A stretch of 64,000 nt of DNA, taken from Utricularia gibba (lineage: Eukaryota; Plantae; Magnoliophyta). The position numbers and the translations under genes were made by a program. Location of the stretch: the NCBI GenBank assembly GCA_002189035.1, contig CM007992.1, forward strand, positions 620,001-684,000, read 5' to 3'. Position 1 is the stretch's first letter; every line of letters starts with the position of its first letter. Positions 15,186-30,863 of this stretch are shown piece after piece. The notes beneath the pieces are model-generated. The model had not been told where the DNA came from and searched no databases. It saw nothing but the letters and a program-made list of their open reading frames with translations.

Positions 15186-15620
15186 TAGCCCTACTCGAAA
15201 TCCGTACCTCGTATAGAGTACCTACCCACCCCATCAGGCTGTGCACACCTATCTATTATTTGTTGGTGGCTCGCCTCCATTGATGTCTGGGAGAGTGAAG
15301 CAGATTCGCCTCACTCACCTTTACATTACCATTTACGAAACAGTTACCTCTTTTTTGTGCTGACTTTCAAAGGCACCATTGGAGTAGCCAGCCCCTGCTC
15401 TCCTCTCCCTCCAAGCAGCAGCGTACGTTAATTCTCTGGCTCTCTGTCTATGAAACTTGCTTAATATTGATTAGATTGCAAAGGTTATTTGTTTGTTTGT
15501 TTTTGTAGGGAGGGGAGGAGATGGCATTGGCCTAGAACACCACCGTTATTTAACAAACGAGCGCGGGACGCGTTTCATTTAACTAGAACAGCCAAAACAG
15601 GAGTGAGCAGTAGATAGATT

Positions 15621-16103
15621 TTAGGCAATCTTGACTTCGATCGTCTTCGGCTTCTTCGGCTGCGGCGGCGGCAGCTTCTCCACGGTGACCGTCAGCACTC
15701 CGTCCTGACACACGGCCGATATCTTCTCCGTGTCCGCATTCTCCGGCAACGTGAACTTCCTGAGGAGCTTCCCCATCCGCCTCTCCATCCTGACATACTT
15801 GGCCCCCTCCTTGGCCTCCTCCCGCTTCCTCTCGCCGCTGATCACCAGCACATTGTCGTCCTCGACCTGCACCTTGATGTCGCCCGACTTCAACCCCGGC
15901 ATGTCGATCACGAAGACGTAGGAGTTGGGGTACTCCTCCACGTCCGCCGGAGTCGCCGCCATGGCCCTCGCGTCGCGGACGTATGCTCTCGTTGGCTGGC
16001 AGCCGGACTTGCCGTTGCCGCCGCCTTCGGATTCATCGCCGTCGAGGATGTTGTGGAGCGTGTGGAAGATGGGTGAGTCGAAACCCAGGAATCTGATGTC
16101 CAT
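15621..16103 (-). CDS. HSP17.6II: Cytosolic class II small heat shock protein (about 17.6-18 kDa), intronless
   Basis: Class II signature [17 protein letters not shown] and alpha-crystallin domain [16 protein letters not shown]...[19 protein letters not shown]...[26 protein letters not shown]. Confidence 0.97.
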   Translation of the reverse strand: MDIRFLGFDSPIFHTLHNILDGDESEGGGNGKSGCQPTRAYVRDARAMAATPADVEEYPNSYVFVIDMPGLKSGDIKVQVEDDNVLVISGERKREEAKEGAKYVRMERRMGKLLRKFTLPENADTEKISAVCQDGVLTVTVEKLPPPQPKKPKTIEVKIA

Positions 16104-16167
16104 TTCGCCGATCGCTCTGGAAGAAACTGATGCTTGGAGTTGAAGACTCCGGCTTCCATGGGGTGGA

Positions 16168-16252
16168 ATTTATAAGCGCGGAGGAGAAGAGTGTGGAAAT
16201 GCTCCGAAGAATTATCGGGACGGGCCATGAAGAATGTCGAAATTTCTAGAAA
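16168..16252 (-). promoter_or_regulatory. sHSP core promoter: TATA box and heat shock element
   Basis: TATAAAT on the minus strand at 16168-16174. Three-unit HSE cGAAatTTCtaGAAa at 16238-16252, preceded by an imperfect aGAAt unit. Confidence 0.8.
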
Positions 16253-16276
16253 CTACTGGGATCCCTCTCGGAAACA

Positions 16277-16312
16277 TGGGCCGTTTTAATGGGCCCTCCT
16301 TACTAAGGCCCA
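16277..16312. promoter_or_regulatory. Cluster of three site II (TGGGCC/GGCCCA, TCP-binding) motifs
   Basis: TGGGCC 16277-16282, TGGGCC 16290-16295, GGCCCA 16307-16312. Confidence 0.55.
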
Positions 16313-16680
16313 ATGCAGCTACGTTACCACGAGAGGGCCTCTCCGATCCATGGGCGATATACTTAAAAATTATTGAACACAGGTATGATTGGGTGGATTC
16401 ATGATATTGTTTGATAGTATATTATAAAATATCAAATTTATATATAAATTTTTATTCGCATACTCAATTTTTGATTATGTGGTTGATATATAAAAATAAA
16501 AGAAGGGTTAATTATATATGTATATCTCAAAACTTTATTTTTGAATATCAAACATATAACTTGTTATATATCTTATAACTGAATATATACATAATCAATT
16601 ACATTATATTTAAATATATTAATATATCTAAATCATTCATTTATCCTAATATAGTATATAATAAAAATAATACTATATCC

Positions 16681-16706
16681 GGACACGTGTCCATTGTCGG
16701 CACGTG
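16681..16706. promoter_or_regulatory. Tandem G-boxes upstream of the GH1 glucosidase
   Basis: 12-bp palindrome GGACACGTGTCC at 16681-16692 and CACGTG at 16701-16706. TATAAA at 16874-16879. Confidence 0.55.
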
Positions 16707-16922
16707 GCGTTAAATTGTAGAGGAGACCAATGTTTCATATACGAACACACGCAGAAGTAAAAAAATGAGCATATCTTAACCTCATGTGGATTACATCATC
16801 GAATAGCGCCATGAGTGCAGCAGCAGCCACCTTTCCCTCCCCATTCCCCTGTGCTCCCAGGCCCAGCTCCCACTATAAAGACGACACCTAGCACTGCCGT
16901 TTCCTCACACCGAGTCTTTGCC

Positions 16923-19584
<2,662 letters not shown>

Positions 19585-21658
19585 AGACGCCCATCCTGAT
19601 CCCCAACTTCCAAGCGACGGATCGGAGCTGGGAACTCTTCTTCGAATGAATAATCAAGATGTGTGTGATGGGTAATGCATGTCGTCTGCTTCTTATTGTC
19701 TGTGGGTGCTGAAGAACCTTGTACGGTATGTGTGTTGGAGTGATGTTTATCAGCTGGATCACTGGCTGAGCAATGGCAGCTTTGAGGCTGCTACTGCTAA
19801 ATGCAATAATCACAGGGTGTGTCTTGTATTGTCGTATGGAAATGCAACTCTTGGTTTGGAATGATTCCTGAAGAACACATAACTTCCATTGAAATCCCAG
19901 GATCTTACACAGTATGAAAAGAATTGGTTCGGTTTCTTTCACATGAATGTAGTATCTTAAAACGAATCTAATGAAGATAATGATGAATAGAATCTTGTGA
20001 GTTCGATCAGCCCATTTGTTGTGAGATGAGGTTCATTGGGAGAACTGCTCTCTGGAGAAGGGAGAAGTTTATCTGGCAATGCCGCCGCTTGCGGTTGCCG
20101 GAGGAGCGTCGGGTAACCAAGTCTCATCAATGTGTTGCAGATGTTGAAGAAGAATAAAATCCAACTGGCTGCCACCGTCCCTGTAACTGAAATCATCAGG
20201 TAAAATTGCACAGAGACTGAATTCCGCATGTCTGGGAAACCGTGTTGACAAAAGATCAAACACCTTGTGAGCATTCAGCATCACCCGCAGGTGACTTTAA
20301 ATCAGGATGGAGTAAAAGTGCATGGAATTGGAATCCGATCTGATCTTATCCCAAAACCCACTTCGGAAAACGAAATCTTGCACCATTTTGAGCAATACAT
20401 CGGTGAAATTGTTGCTTTCCGCGAAATCAGGGCGGTGCCGTGAGCGACTGTATAAAGCTCTGAATGAACCCCAATTTCCAAGAAAAACGGAACGAAGCAG
20501 TTGCTTCCGGTCATCGAATAATTCATTTCAGGAGAGTAGCAGCACGGCGGAGGTAGGTGATGATGAGGTGGCCGGAGGATCCCAAATCAGTCTACCTGCC
20601 GGATGGGTAGGGTTTTAGATTTTCTTTTTTCTATAAATGATTTTGTTAATCTATTTTTAGAATATTTTTAAAAAATAAAATACAGAAATCTGGTAAAAAA
20701 AGGGGGAGCACAAAGCAAAAACCTATTCCTGTGGTCTTCAAACCTAAAGGTACTGCTGGAATTTGATAACTCCTGAACAGGAAGAAGAGAGAGAAGAAAA
20801 CGAGAAGTCTGAAATAGAGATAGAAAGATTGGAGAGAGAACTTCAAGTAGACAGACGACCGCTACAAACGAAGGTGCCCCAAAATCCAGCACACAAACAA
20901 GGACCCAAGGTGAGGAGGATTATTGGATTCCACTTCCTCTGCTTTCACTATTTTCTCACCACGCTTCATTTTTGTTTCAATCTCTTTGTTGTCTGTGCAG
21001 TAATGGATGAAGTGGGTATGATTTCATTCATCACGGATGTCCGTAAAGGTATATCTGAGAAACCCACATATTTTTTTGCTGGTAATCTTGTATTGGGGTT
21101 GAATTATTGGAGATCTATGGTGGTGAAGCTGCGATTGTGAGGTTCAAGTTGTGGGCTTTGTTGTGTGTGTTTAGTCTGTGCTGGATCTTCGACGTTTGTT
21201 TCGTTTCTTTCTGTCTTTCAATTGATATCTTTTATAGCTAAATATGCATTTATTTACTTGTGTTTAGAGATTATAATAGTTTTCTTGATTTCATTGGTAC
21301 TGTTTTTAACTTCCCATCTTGTGCTCTCATAGTTTCATTGGCCTGTTTATCTTTTTTTGCAACAATGGGGCTTGCTGAAAAAAATTATTTTGTATTGTTC
21401 CATTAGATATGTACTTTAGATCAGTTGGAGTTAGTGAAATATGTTTTGTTGTCTCTATTTGCAAGGTATTTCTTGGATTCAACTTCATTCAGAGTATTAA
21501 TTTTGTGTGATAATTGAACTTTTTGACTTCATTCAAACTCATCCTTATGCAGGGCTTGGCTAACACGTTAGTGCTCATTCCTATTTATTTGTATTCTCCC
21601 ACGTTATTTACTTCATTTTGAGGTGGACAAAATAGTGTGTTGACACTAAATAAATGAT

Positions 21659-24262
21659 ATGATGAGCTTGTCGGTAAATGAAATTTCTCCTGGTGACAAG
21701 AAGCTTAGTGCAATGAAGGCACCCTTGAACCCAAATGCCGCAGAGTTTGTTCCTCAGGCTCTCAGATCATCTAGTACAAGTGCAAGCAATGCTAATGCAT
21801 CATCTAAGTTTGCAGCTACTTCAGCAGCCACCCATGGAAAAGCTATATTAAACAGATCAGAGTCGTCAGTTTCAAACAACTCTGATGATGAGGCTCATCA
21901 GTACTGGCGCTGCCAGCTGCCGGATGATATTACTCCTGACTTCAATTTCATGGGCATGGGTGATGCTCAAGAAATGAACAACTTATCGTTATCAAGCTTA
22001 TCTTTGAGTGATGTTGGTGAAGGGTCAAGATTTTCATCTGGATTTTTTTCCAAGGATCAAGGGTTACCTTCTCATCTAGTTAATGGTAACCAAAACGGTG
22101 AAAAGCTGAGGGGTTCTGTTTCACCTGTTGGTGAATATTCAATGTTTCAGCCTACTGCTGCGAAGCCTTGGGACAGTCAAATTATCGGAAATGATCACCT
22201 TCTTGCTAGAGGACTCCATTCGTATACTGACAATTCACAGAACAGTTTCTCCTTGGACATGTCAAATGAGGCTTTGTTGGAAGAAAATGCTGCTGCAGGC
22301 CCCCTCAAGTTTTTAGCTTCACAGTTTCCTGGTTTTGCAGTTGAAAGTCTGGCAGAGGTTTTTTTTGCTAATGGGGGTGACTTAAACCTGACAATTGATA
22401 TGCTTACCCAGTTGGAGGTAAGCAAGTTACTAAGCTTTTACATTGCACATCACATGCTATATACTCTAGTTTTCGCATATTTAGAATTTGATCAGCTATA
22501 CAGTCCAGTTACCTTTTTCTGTCCTTTCCCTAAAGAACATTGCAAGTGCTTTCTCACATAATGCGTTGAGCATATCCTGCTCTGTGATATGCTAATTGTG
22601 TAGAACTGTGGTTACATGGTGTTTTCATTTGCAGCTTCAGGTTGATGGAGGCTTGAATCAGAGTTTTGAATCTAAGACGTTATCTGCTCCAAAACTTACT
22701 GTCTTGGATTTTCCTGCTCTCACTGCTACTGATGGTCAAAACGGCTTGTCAAACTTTGCTAGCGATGATCAGAATTTAAGTATGAGTCCTCATCATGTGT
22801 CTGGGAAGGAGAACAGTTTATTTTTCAGATCAAATTCATCAATTGCTTCAAGGGGTGCTGCGGATTTTGCTTCGGCTGTTCGGAAAATGGCACCTCGAGA
22901 TGCAGGAATTTGGAATTATTCCAGAAATGGCCCGTTAGATGCAAACATAGGATCAAGCAGAAGCTCACAAAACTTGGGAAGTTCGTATGATGGTGGCATG
23001 GGTAAGGCCAGCCACATTGATAGGTTGTCCAATAGAGGATCAGCTCATGCATCTCCAGCTTGGCTTGAAACTGGAGCGGCTGTTGGTAATATTCTTGAAT
23101 GATGCTTTTTTACTACTCTACAAAACTTTGGGGGTAATAATTTTTTGAGATGGCAGCAAATATGTATTCTGAGATGAGGGACGAGGCGCGAGATCATGCA
23201 AGGGTGCGCAATGCATACTTTGAGCAGGTACATGCACACAAAAAATTGGTTTGGGAGAAGTGCTCAAAGATGTTTTGTGTTTTGCTCATATTTGTGTACA
23301 ATGTAGTAATCTTATGAGCTATTCGGTGCAACAGGCACGTCAGGCATACCTCAATGGGAACAAAGCTTTAGCCAAGGAGTTGAGCGTCAAGGGGCATTTA
23401 CATAACATGCAGATGAAGGCTGCACATGGAAAGGCACAAGAATCCATTTACCGTCAGAGGTTTTTGCTCTTTGCACACCCGAATTTCACTGCATTGTTTT
23501 TTTCTCCGCGGGCTTGTTTTTTTAATCCAAGTGAATTGATTATTATATGGCAACAACACAGTATGAGGAGTTTTGGACAGGAAGCACCGCACCCAGACAA
23601 GATGAATCATATAGGACTGAATATTATGTGATGCACTCGTTTCACACATATGGACACAATTCATGAGGTTAAGCCCACTGGGTGGTTGGCAGTTGCCCTT
23701 CTGTGATTTTGTTTGACATGCAAATAAAGCTTGTTGCTTTAGCAGCAGTTAAGCAGAATAACACTACCACAGCAGGATGAGGGAAGTTTTGCTGATAATG
23801 GAGTTTTGCTTTGGAGATGGGGCTCCCCCCTTGACTTCACATGTCTATTTTCTCTGGTTTTCTTGAGATTAGATGCCTCGAGATCAGTCAAGAACTTCCC
23901 ATATCTGCTTTTGTCTTCTGTCTTGCTATTTTTCATTACTTTGATGATTTTGACTCACAACACTAACTTTTAGGAATCCGGAGATGCACTCCAGTGGGCG
24001 AGAGAGATTGATAGACCTGCACGGTTTACATGTCAGTGAAGCCATCCATGTCCTGAAACGGGAGCTGGCCGTGATGAGGAATGCAGCGCGTGTGACTGAC
24101 CAGAGGATGCTGGTTGACATATGTGTCGGAACAGGCCATCACACAAGAGGTTCAAGAACTCCAGCAAGACTTCCCATCGCTGTTCAGCGTTACCTGCTGG
24201 AGGAGGAAGGCCTCGTGTTCTCAGAGCCCCAACCAGGGCTTCTACGGGTTGTTGTATACTGA
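21659..24262 (+). CDS. CID7: Polyadenylate-binding protein-interacting protein 7-like (PAM2 + CUE-like + DUF1771/Smr)
   Basis: PAM2 motif LNPNAAEFVP. FLASQFPGFAVESLAEVFFANGGDLNLTIDMLTQLE. Smr domain IDLHGLHVSEA...VGTGHHTRG. Probable 5' UTR exon about 20763-20910. Confidence 0.9.
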
Positions 24263-24922
24263 ATGGATCCCAGAACGAAGAAAACAAAAAGAAAAACCAC
24301 AAAACCAGGAAGAGTCTGTTGCAATCTCTGTACATGGGAGGGAAAAAAGGTTAGTAAACTTTGAACATGTAAAAAAAAAAATGAAATGGAGACGAGAAAG
24401 AGAAGGCCTTGCAGGAGAGGATGAATAGCTGTTGTAGTTTGCTGAATGATTTGGCCAGAATCATCAATCTGTTTTTTTCTTTGTTTTTTCACAAGGAATT
24501 CACACTTGTCATTCTACCCCTGAGCTACATTTTTTTAGGAGTCTGGTTGACTTTGGTTTTGGGTTTGGATGCACGTCCTCTGAGTTAAAATAAATTGCAT
24601 ACAGGTGAGTCGACCTTGTGATTTTCCCCACGGCCACTGAGCAACATCCTTCTTCGATTCATCCTCCACCTCAAGCTGAGAGCATTGACTACTGAGCAAA
24701 AATGTCGGCTTGTTTCATAAGTCAAAAAGGTTCAACATCCAGAAGCTGTGGGCACAAGCATATTATCCAAAACAAAAATTGGCCAAACCACTGCTTTTCT
24801 TTGTGTGAAAATCAAAACTTTCACAGGGGAACAAAGGTAAGAGAAGATGTATAGCAACTGATGAAAACAAATGCTGATCCTAAGTCTAAATAGCACCATG
24901 AATCTCCCAGAGCCGCTGGTTT

Positions 24923-26682
24923 CTACTCTTCACCCTCCTTTTCCACAAGAATCTTCTTGCATGCTTCATAGCACATGAAAGATATACCTGCAGCAGGTAC
25001 CAGCTTCAAACAGCTTGGCCCCAGTCCCTTGTACAAACCCTCTATTCCTTCTTTGGCCAGTATGCTGGAGAGGGCATGAAGCATATTACTGTAGACTTGC
25101 CTCCCACTAACGGCACCTACCTGCATTTGCTTGCGAGCTACCTCAAGTGGAAAGGTTGCTGTGCTTGAAATGGCACCAGCTGCTGATCCGATAAGGAGAG
25201 TTTCAACATTTCCAATATTTTCCTGTTTGCTGATTTTCTTGTAGAGCTTGCGCAGAGTATCGTACGCGCAGTAGTTTGTTGCAGCATATGGCACTACTCC
25301 AATAATGCTGGGGGTAAGACCCCTGTAAAGCTCTCCCACTCCACCTTCTTTTAATATTTTAACAAATGCATCTACCAAACTATCGTAAGCTCCTCTCTGC
25401 ATACAAGAGATAGTCCCACAAGAGAGGTGTAACTCACTGGTAAAGATGGTAAAAGCTTCTGTTTCTTTACCTGTATGGTCAGCCGAGTTTTGACTAACTC
25501 GAGGGGTAGGTGACTAAAGTTGAGGAGACTCCTGCACAAGCTCCCGCAATCAATGAAGCAGGAACAGGCAATTTCACTTGCTCCCCGGGTTTTGAAGACA
25601 GCTTCTTGTTAACGGTGTCATAGACAAAAAGCTGCAATGGGTTTTCATATAATGAGGCACATTAACGTAGCAGAGACGAAAGATTTGAAAAAAGCCACAC
25701 CCAAAAAATGGTAGACTGCACGGATAAACACAAGGCATATCATGTGAAAAGTAGACTTGGTTTCCAGCACACACACTGATTCAATCCGGATAGATAGCAA
25801 GAAATGCTAACAACAAACTAGTAGATTCCCTACAACACACAAAAAAGAAGCCAGCTTTGTTACTGTGTGACTGCTAAAGATGAAGCTTGATGTTCCCAAC
25901 CATCGGACAACGCAGTACTACATATATATTCACACACACATGAGACTCCAGGTTTGAATATGTTCTTATTCCTAGTGCTGCATTCTCACTCCCATCAGCT
26001 TTGTTCACCATAGCCACGCGTTTTTCTACCATCATCGCACACTACACGATATGCTGTACAAAATCTACAGACAGGCCAGATAGTCATCAAATCAAAATGA
26101 GCAAAAGCAAGAAGAGAAGATCTTATCAGCCTTACATTGATTCACATTGTATTACCTCTATGGCTTTGCTAGGGGCGACTCGAAGCACATTCACAAGATT
26201 TCCTCTGAATAATCCAGGCCATCCTTCTACTTTCATAATATTATCGAACACCTCCATGGTTGTGTTCCCACTACTTCCCACCATCAAATGCGTCCTGATG
26301 GTCTCGAGTGGCGCAACGACAGTCCTCGAAATCGCACCAGCAATACCACCGCTGAGTAACCTCCTAAGAGAGGGATTCTTTACCTTAACCTTAATCTTTA
26401 GCCCCCATCTGCTTTTCCTTCCCTCCAACTCCTTTTCCTCATCCGTGATGCCCAAATTCTTCAACCCTTCGGGCAGAGAAACATATTTCACCAGCAAATC
26501 TGCATTCGGCAAACCAAAACCCCCATTATCATTGCTCCCCACTTGACTCACGGAAGCAAATAAACCACCCCCGGAAAAAAGTTGCAATCTTCAGCGCTCC
26601 AGTTGAGCCCCAATTGGGAACTCGACGAAAACCCATTGCCCTTCAACGCCAAAAACTGCGCTTTCAAACTCCCGGGCATCAT
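24923..26682 (-). CDS. BT1: Brittle1-type adenine nucleotide carrier (mitochondrial carrier family), 3 coding exons; two inferred 1-base gaps (26568-26572 and 25503-25506)
   Basis: NPSLRRLLSGGIAGAISRTVVAPLETIRTHLMVGSSG, GLFRGNLVNVLRVAPSKAIE, LIAGACAGVSSTLVTYPLELVKTRLT, ATFPLEVARKQMQVGA, LVPAAGISFMCYEACKKIL. N-terminal GGLFASVSQVG. Confidence 0.92.
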
Positions 26683-27164
26683 TCAAACCTGGAGAAAGAA
26701 GCCTCCTTTTTTTGGCGGCGGGCAAAGTGCGTCACAATCCAAGAAGAGAGAGTGGAGACTGGAATCACGTCTCGAGAAGAGGGAAGTGATTCTGGGAGAA
26801 TTGGTAGGCGAAGATTACATGGTTGGTCGAGCTGGTTATTGGATACAATAACCATTTCTTTTTCTTGAATTTGTCGCCCATCCTTTTTATTTCATTCACA
26901 ACTCAAAAATCCCATCTCCTCAAACCCTAATCCTTATTACATATTGGCAGTTGGCCCATCCCTATCGCAAGCCCATGAATTTCTAATATTTTTCCTTTTT
27001 TAAATACGTTTTATTATCTTTTCGAAAAAATTTAGAATATTCTATTCTATCTAAAAACGTGTCTTATATTTTTCCGCTATTCAAAGGACAATCTTAGTGT
27101 GATCATACAAACAAGGATGCTACTATGAACATCACATAATAATAGAGAACCTTGTTTTGCATAA

Positions 27165-27433
27165 GAGTATTTGATAATATAGTATAAAAGATTTATATAC
27201 AATTATACACATAAATCATTAATTGATTAATTATCATATAAATGTGAGTTTTGTATAATTATATTAATTACATATTCATTATTTAAGTATTAGATATGCA
27301 AATGGAGAGTGTGAGTAATTATATTAATATCAATCATATTCTCAAATTTTTATTATCTGATATTAAATGTTATATATAAATATTCAATTATACTATATTT
27401 AAATATATTAATACTATACTATCAAACTAACTC
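27165..27433. mobile_element. Possible decayed MITE (GTTTG-type Tourist-like)
   Basis: Left GAGTATTTGATAATATAGTATAA versus reverse complement of right end GAGTTAGTTTGATAGTATAGTATTA. TSD unclear, and the AT-rich context raises the chance of a spurious match. Confidence 0.4.
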
Positions 27434-27918
27434 TATATATTATATTAGAAATGCTTCTCGTTACAAAAAATACATCTGTTTAAAGTAAAAAATATCCAAT
27501 AAAGATTTTTATTTTTTAAAAGATATAGTTTTATGACGAATAAAAACGGTTATCTTTTTAACAAAAAATCCATTAATATTATAAGCCCATAGGGCTCGCT
27601 GGCGTGTTGGGCTGGCCCATTTTGAGTGTATTTTCCTAATTTAAACTATAGCCTCATTCCAATTAAACGAAATAAATTGAAAATTTGAATTCCACATATT
27701 TTCCAAAAATGAAATTAATTGTTGGAATAAATTAATTTATCCTGTTTAACACAGTGGCGCAGTGCACCCCCGGATCCATGGAAACGACGCCGTATCATTG
27801 ACACGTGGCTACACATCAATATAGAGGAAGACTGCCCATGTAGCCGGGCCCACCCTTTGACCGGAATCATGATGGTGGCCATCACCCATCATACATACCA
27901 ATATGATGCATCATCCTA

Positions 27919-28777
27919 TCATACGCTGGATAGCACATCATCTCTACTGTTTGTGAAGGGAAGTCGTTGGTCATCCCAGTCCATGAGTAGGAGCTCCTCC
28001 ACCATCTGCGTCGCGATCGTGTTCTCTTCGTTGGCAGCCGCGTCGCCGGCCTCCGACGACGGCGGCTGCTGCTCGTTCTTCTTCTTAAGCTCCACCTTCA
28101 TCACCCACTGTGAACCAGACTGCCTCCCTGCGCGCTTCTGCCACACCCCTATGTTGGAATCATCGCTGTCCAGCTTCAAACATGTCACTGATGGTGCTGG
28201 ATTCTTGCAGCATTTCTTCAGCTTTTCCCCTAGAACCTCAGGCAACCTGCGGGATTTCCGATGAGTAGAGTTGTCGGCGAAAGAAAGAAAGATACACGGA
28301 TCCAGATGAAAGCATCTGGGCCTTGATCAATGACGAAACCAGTGGAGGAGAATTCTTTGGAATTTAGAACAGACGCTACGAGTGCAATCTCAGTTATTTT
28401 TGTTCAGATCTAATGCAGATAGGAAGACACTGCGATCTCTTACAACACAGGAGTGTTTGTAAGGTGAGTGGTCTAACCTGGAGACTGAGGATTCGCCGTC
28501 CTTGCCACCGCCCACCGGAAAATTCGTCTTCGCATTCTGGCCAATCATCAACACCGCGGCTTCATCGTACGCCCTGGCGGCCTCCTCCGCCGTCTCAAAC
28601 GTCCCCAGCCATATCCTCTTCTTCCTACAAACGCCACAGACAAGGGATCACTTGAGGCGTACTTCAAAATCACAATGCGAAGGCAATAAATACACACAAT
28701 AAAGGATGCCGGATCTCAGCCACCCAAGAGCCCCACTGGCGCTGCCTGACACCTCTGAGCTTGGTCGAGTGTACCAT
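27919..28777 (-). CDS. SHN: SHINE/WIN1-clade AP2/ERF transcription factor, 3 coding exons
   Basis: [21 protein letters not shown]|[36 protein letters not shown]. Middle motif KLKKCCK...TCLKLD...[10 protein letters not shown]-terminal motif [10 protein letters not shown]. Confidence 0.92.
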
Positions 28778-29999
28778 AAGTGCAGCCTGACAATGGAAAA
28801 AGAAAGAGAAGAGAGAGGCGCCTGGGTCTGGGTGTGGAGGAGGAAGGAAGGAGGGCGTGTCAGCTGTAGAAATTTATGAGGACGAGGTGTGTCTGTTTGT
28901 GTGTGTAATAAAAGCATTCACTCACTCACCTGTTTCTGTATTCATTACCATTATTATTTATATCACCAGAACCAGAAACAAGAACAAGAGTGGGGAGTCA
29001 ATGGAGAGTGGAGAAGAAGTGTTTTTGTATTGGGGAGAGGAGACACGACAGAGAGGCGAGAGGGCCATGCAGATGCACCTCACCAAACCTTCGCTGGAGC
29101 ATTTAATGGCGCTGCTGCTTTTTTCACCAAACGCTTGACTTCAAGGGGATAAATTCCCTCAAAAGAATCCCAGTGAAAAGATCAGGGAGCCCCATCCCAT
29201 CCCATATGCAACTCTTCACACACAGTCTTCTGATACTTGGATATGTAACAATGTGAATTCACGTTTATACAGAGACAAAGATTAGGGTTTGTCCTAAGCA
29301 AGATGGTGGGCTTAGGGCGCAGGCATCATCAGTCTGCGAGATGCCGAATGCAGGGTCTCAGACTATGTTCTTCATCAATGATCATTCTTAGTTAAAAATT
29401 TTTAATTTAAGATGAGTTTTATAAAATTTTTCAAACCTATTTTTATTTTAGAAAAAGTAAAAATAATTTTAATCAAGAATACCACTTATTTTTACTTCTA
29501 ATTTTACTAAAAATACTTTTGGTATTACATTTCAAAAATAAAGATAAATTACTTTTGTATACTATTTCTATTTTTTAACATAAATTCATAAAAAAAATTT
29601 TTTCTAGAATATCCATTTTTACTTCTATTTTTATAAATTATTTCTATTTTTACTTTTTATTTTTTCAAAAATAAAAATAATTTCTAAAAATTTTCTAGAG
29701 CACACATTTAATGAATGGGAGATCGTCCATTTTGTAAATGACCACCCCCATACGAGTATATTACAAATCTGGATATTGTATTTTGAATGTGTAAATAAAA
29801 TGATATTATTATATATAAAATTTTGATAATAATATATGAGAAAAAAGGATAAATGACTACTCGACGAGGTTGAAATATCCGCAATGATGAGTGGAATCTT
29901 TTAAAAATATTATCTTTTTTCAATAGAATTTTTAAAATAACTGACCCAGCCCACAAAAACTGATTGTCGCAACCCACGACCCAGCCCAGACCTAGCTTG

Positions 30000-30329
30000 A
30001 TCGAGCTCGTCCGGCCAGAAATTCTCCGCTACAAGGCATTCGAGCCTATCCTCCTCCTCGGTCGTCACCGCTTCGCCGGTGTAGAAATGAGAATCCGCGT
30101 CTAGGGCGGTGATCGCACTTCTCAGATCGACGCCATCCGCCAGTCCATCGCGAAGGCTCTCGTCGCCTTCTACCAGAAGTACGTCGATTAGCAGTTCAAG
30201 AAGGAGATTAAGGACATTCTTGTGAGGTATGATACGACTCTTCTGGTGACCGATCCCCGCCGCCGCCGCGAGCGGAAGAAGTTCGGTGGACGCGGCGCTC
30301 GTGCTAGGTTCCAGAAGTCCTGCCGTTGA
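30000..30329 (+). pseudogene. RPS16: 5'-truncated 40S ribosomal protein S16 (uS9) pseudogene
   Basis: [107 protein letters not shown]. Two in-frame TAG substitutions, no start codon, N-terminal part missing. Confidence 0.93.
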
Positions 30330-30863
30330 GTTCTGGGCACTCGTTTCTTTTCAACCCTTGCCATTACTATGAATGACGTAGTTGAACTGGCCCAACCCAG
30401 ACCTACGCCTGGCCCAATGGCCCCAACCCCTGAATCACTTTGATACCCCGGGGGGTATTTATGTAATTGGCTCTCTGAACAGCGTTGGGTTGCAGAGTCA
30501 GCTCCCACATCCCCCCGACCGAACCCCACCGGGCATATCCTCATCGCGCAACGCGGGGCGCCCTCCAGGGGCTCCAGTTTATCACTTGCTCTTCTACTCT
30601 TTTATCGTGTTGCGCCCCCCTACACTTTCCATTGCAGTTTGGAGACCCATCGCCGCTTGATCATTGTTCGTTGACCAGATCGTGAATTTTCTGGGTTTTT
30701 TCGTTGAGCTATCAAGGTTATTTCTGTTTTCTTTGAGGCGAAATATTGATTTATGATCGTTCTGGTTTGTGACAGATCTCGCCGATATCTCATTCTGTTG
30801 ATTTCCTGATCTGGGTTCGATTGATTTCGCTTTCACGGTTTTTGAATCTAGTGTTGTCTGTTA

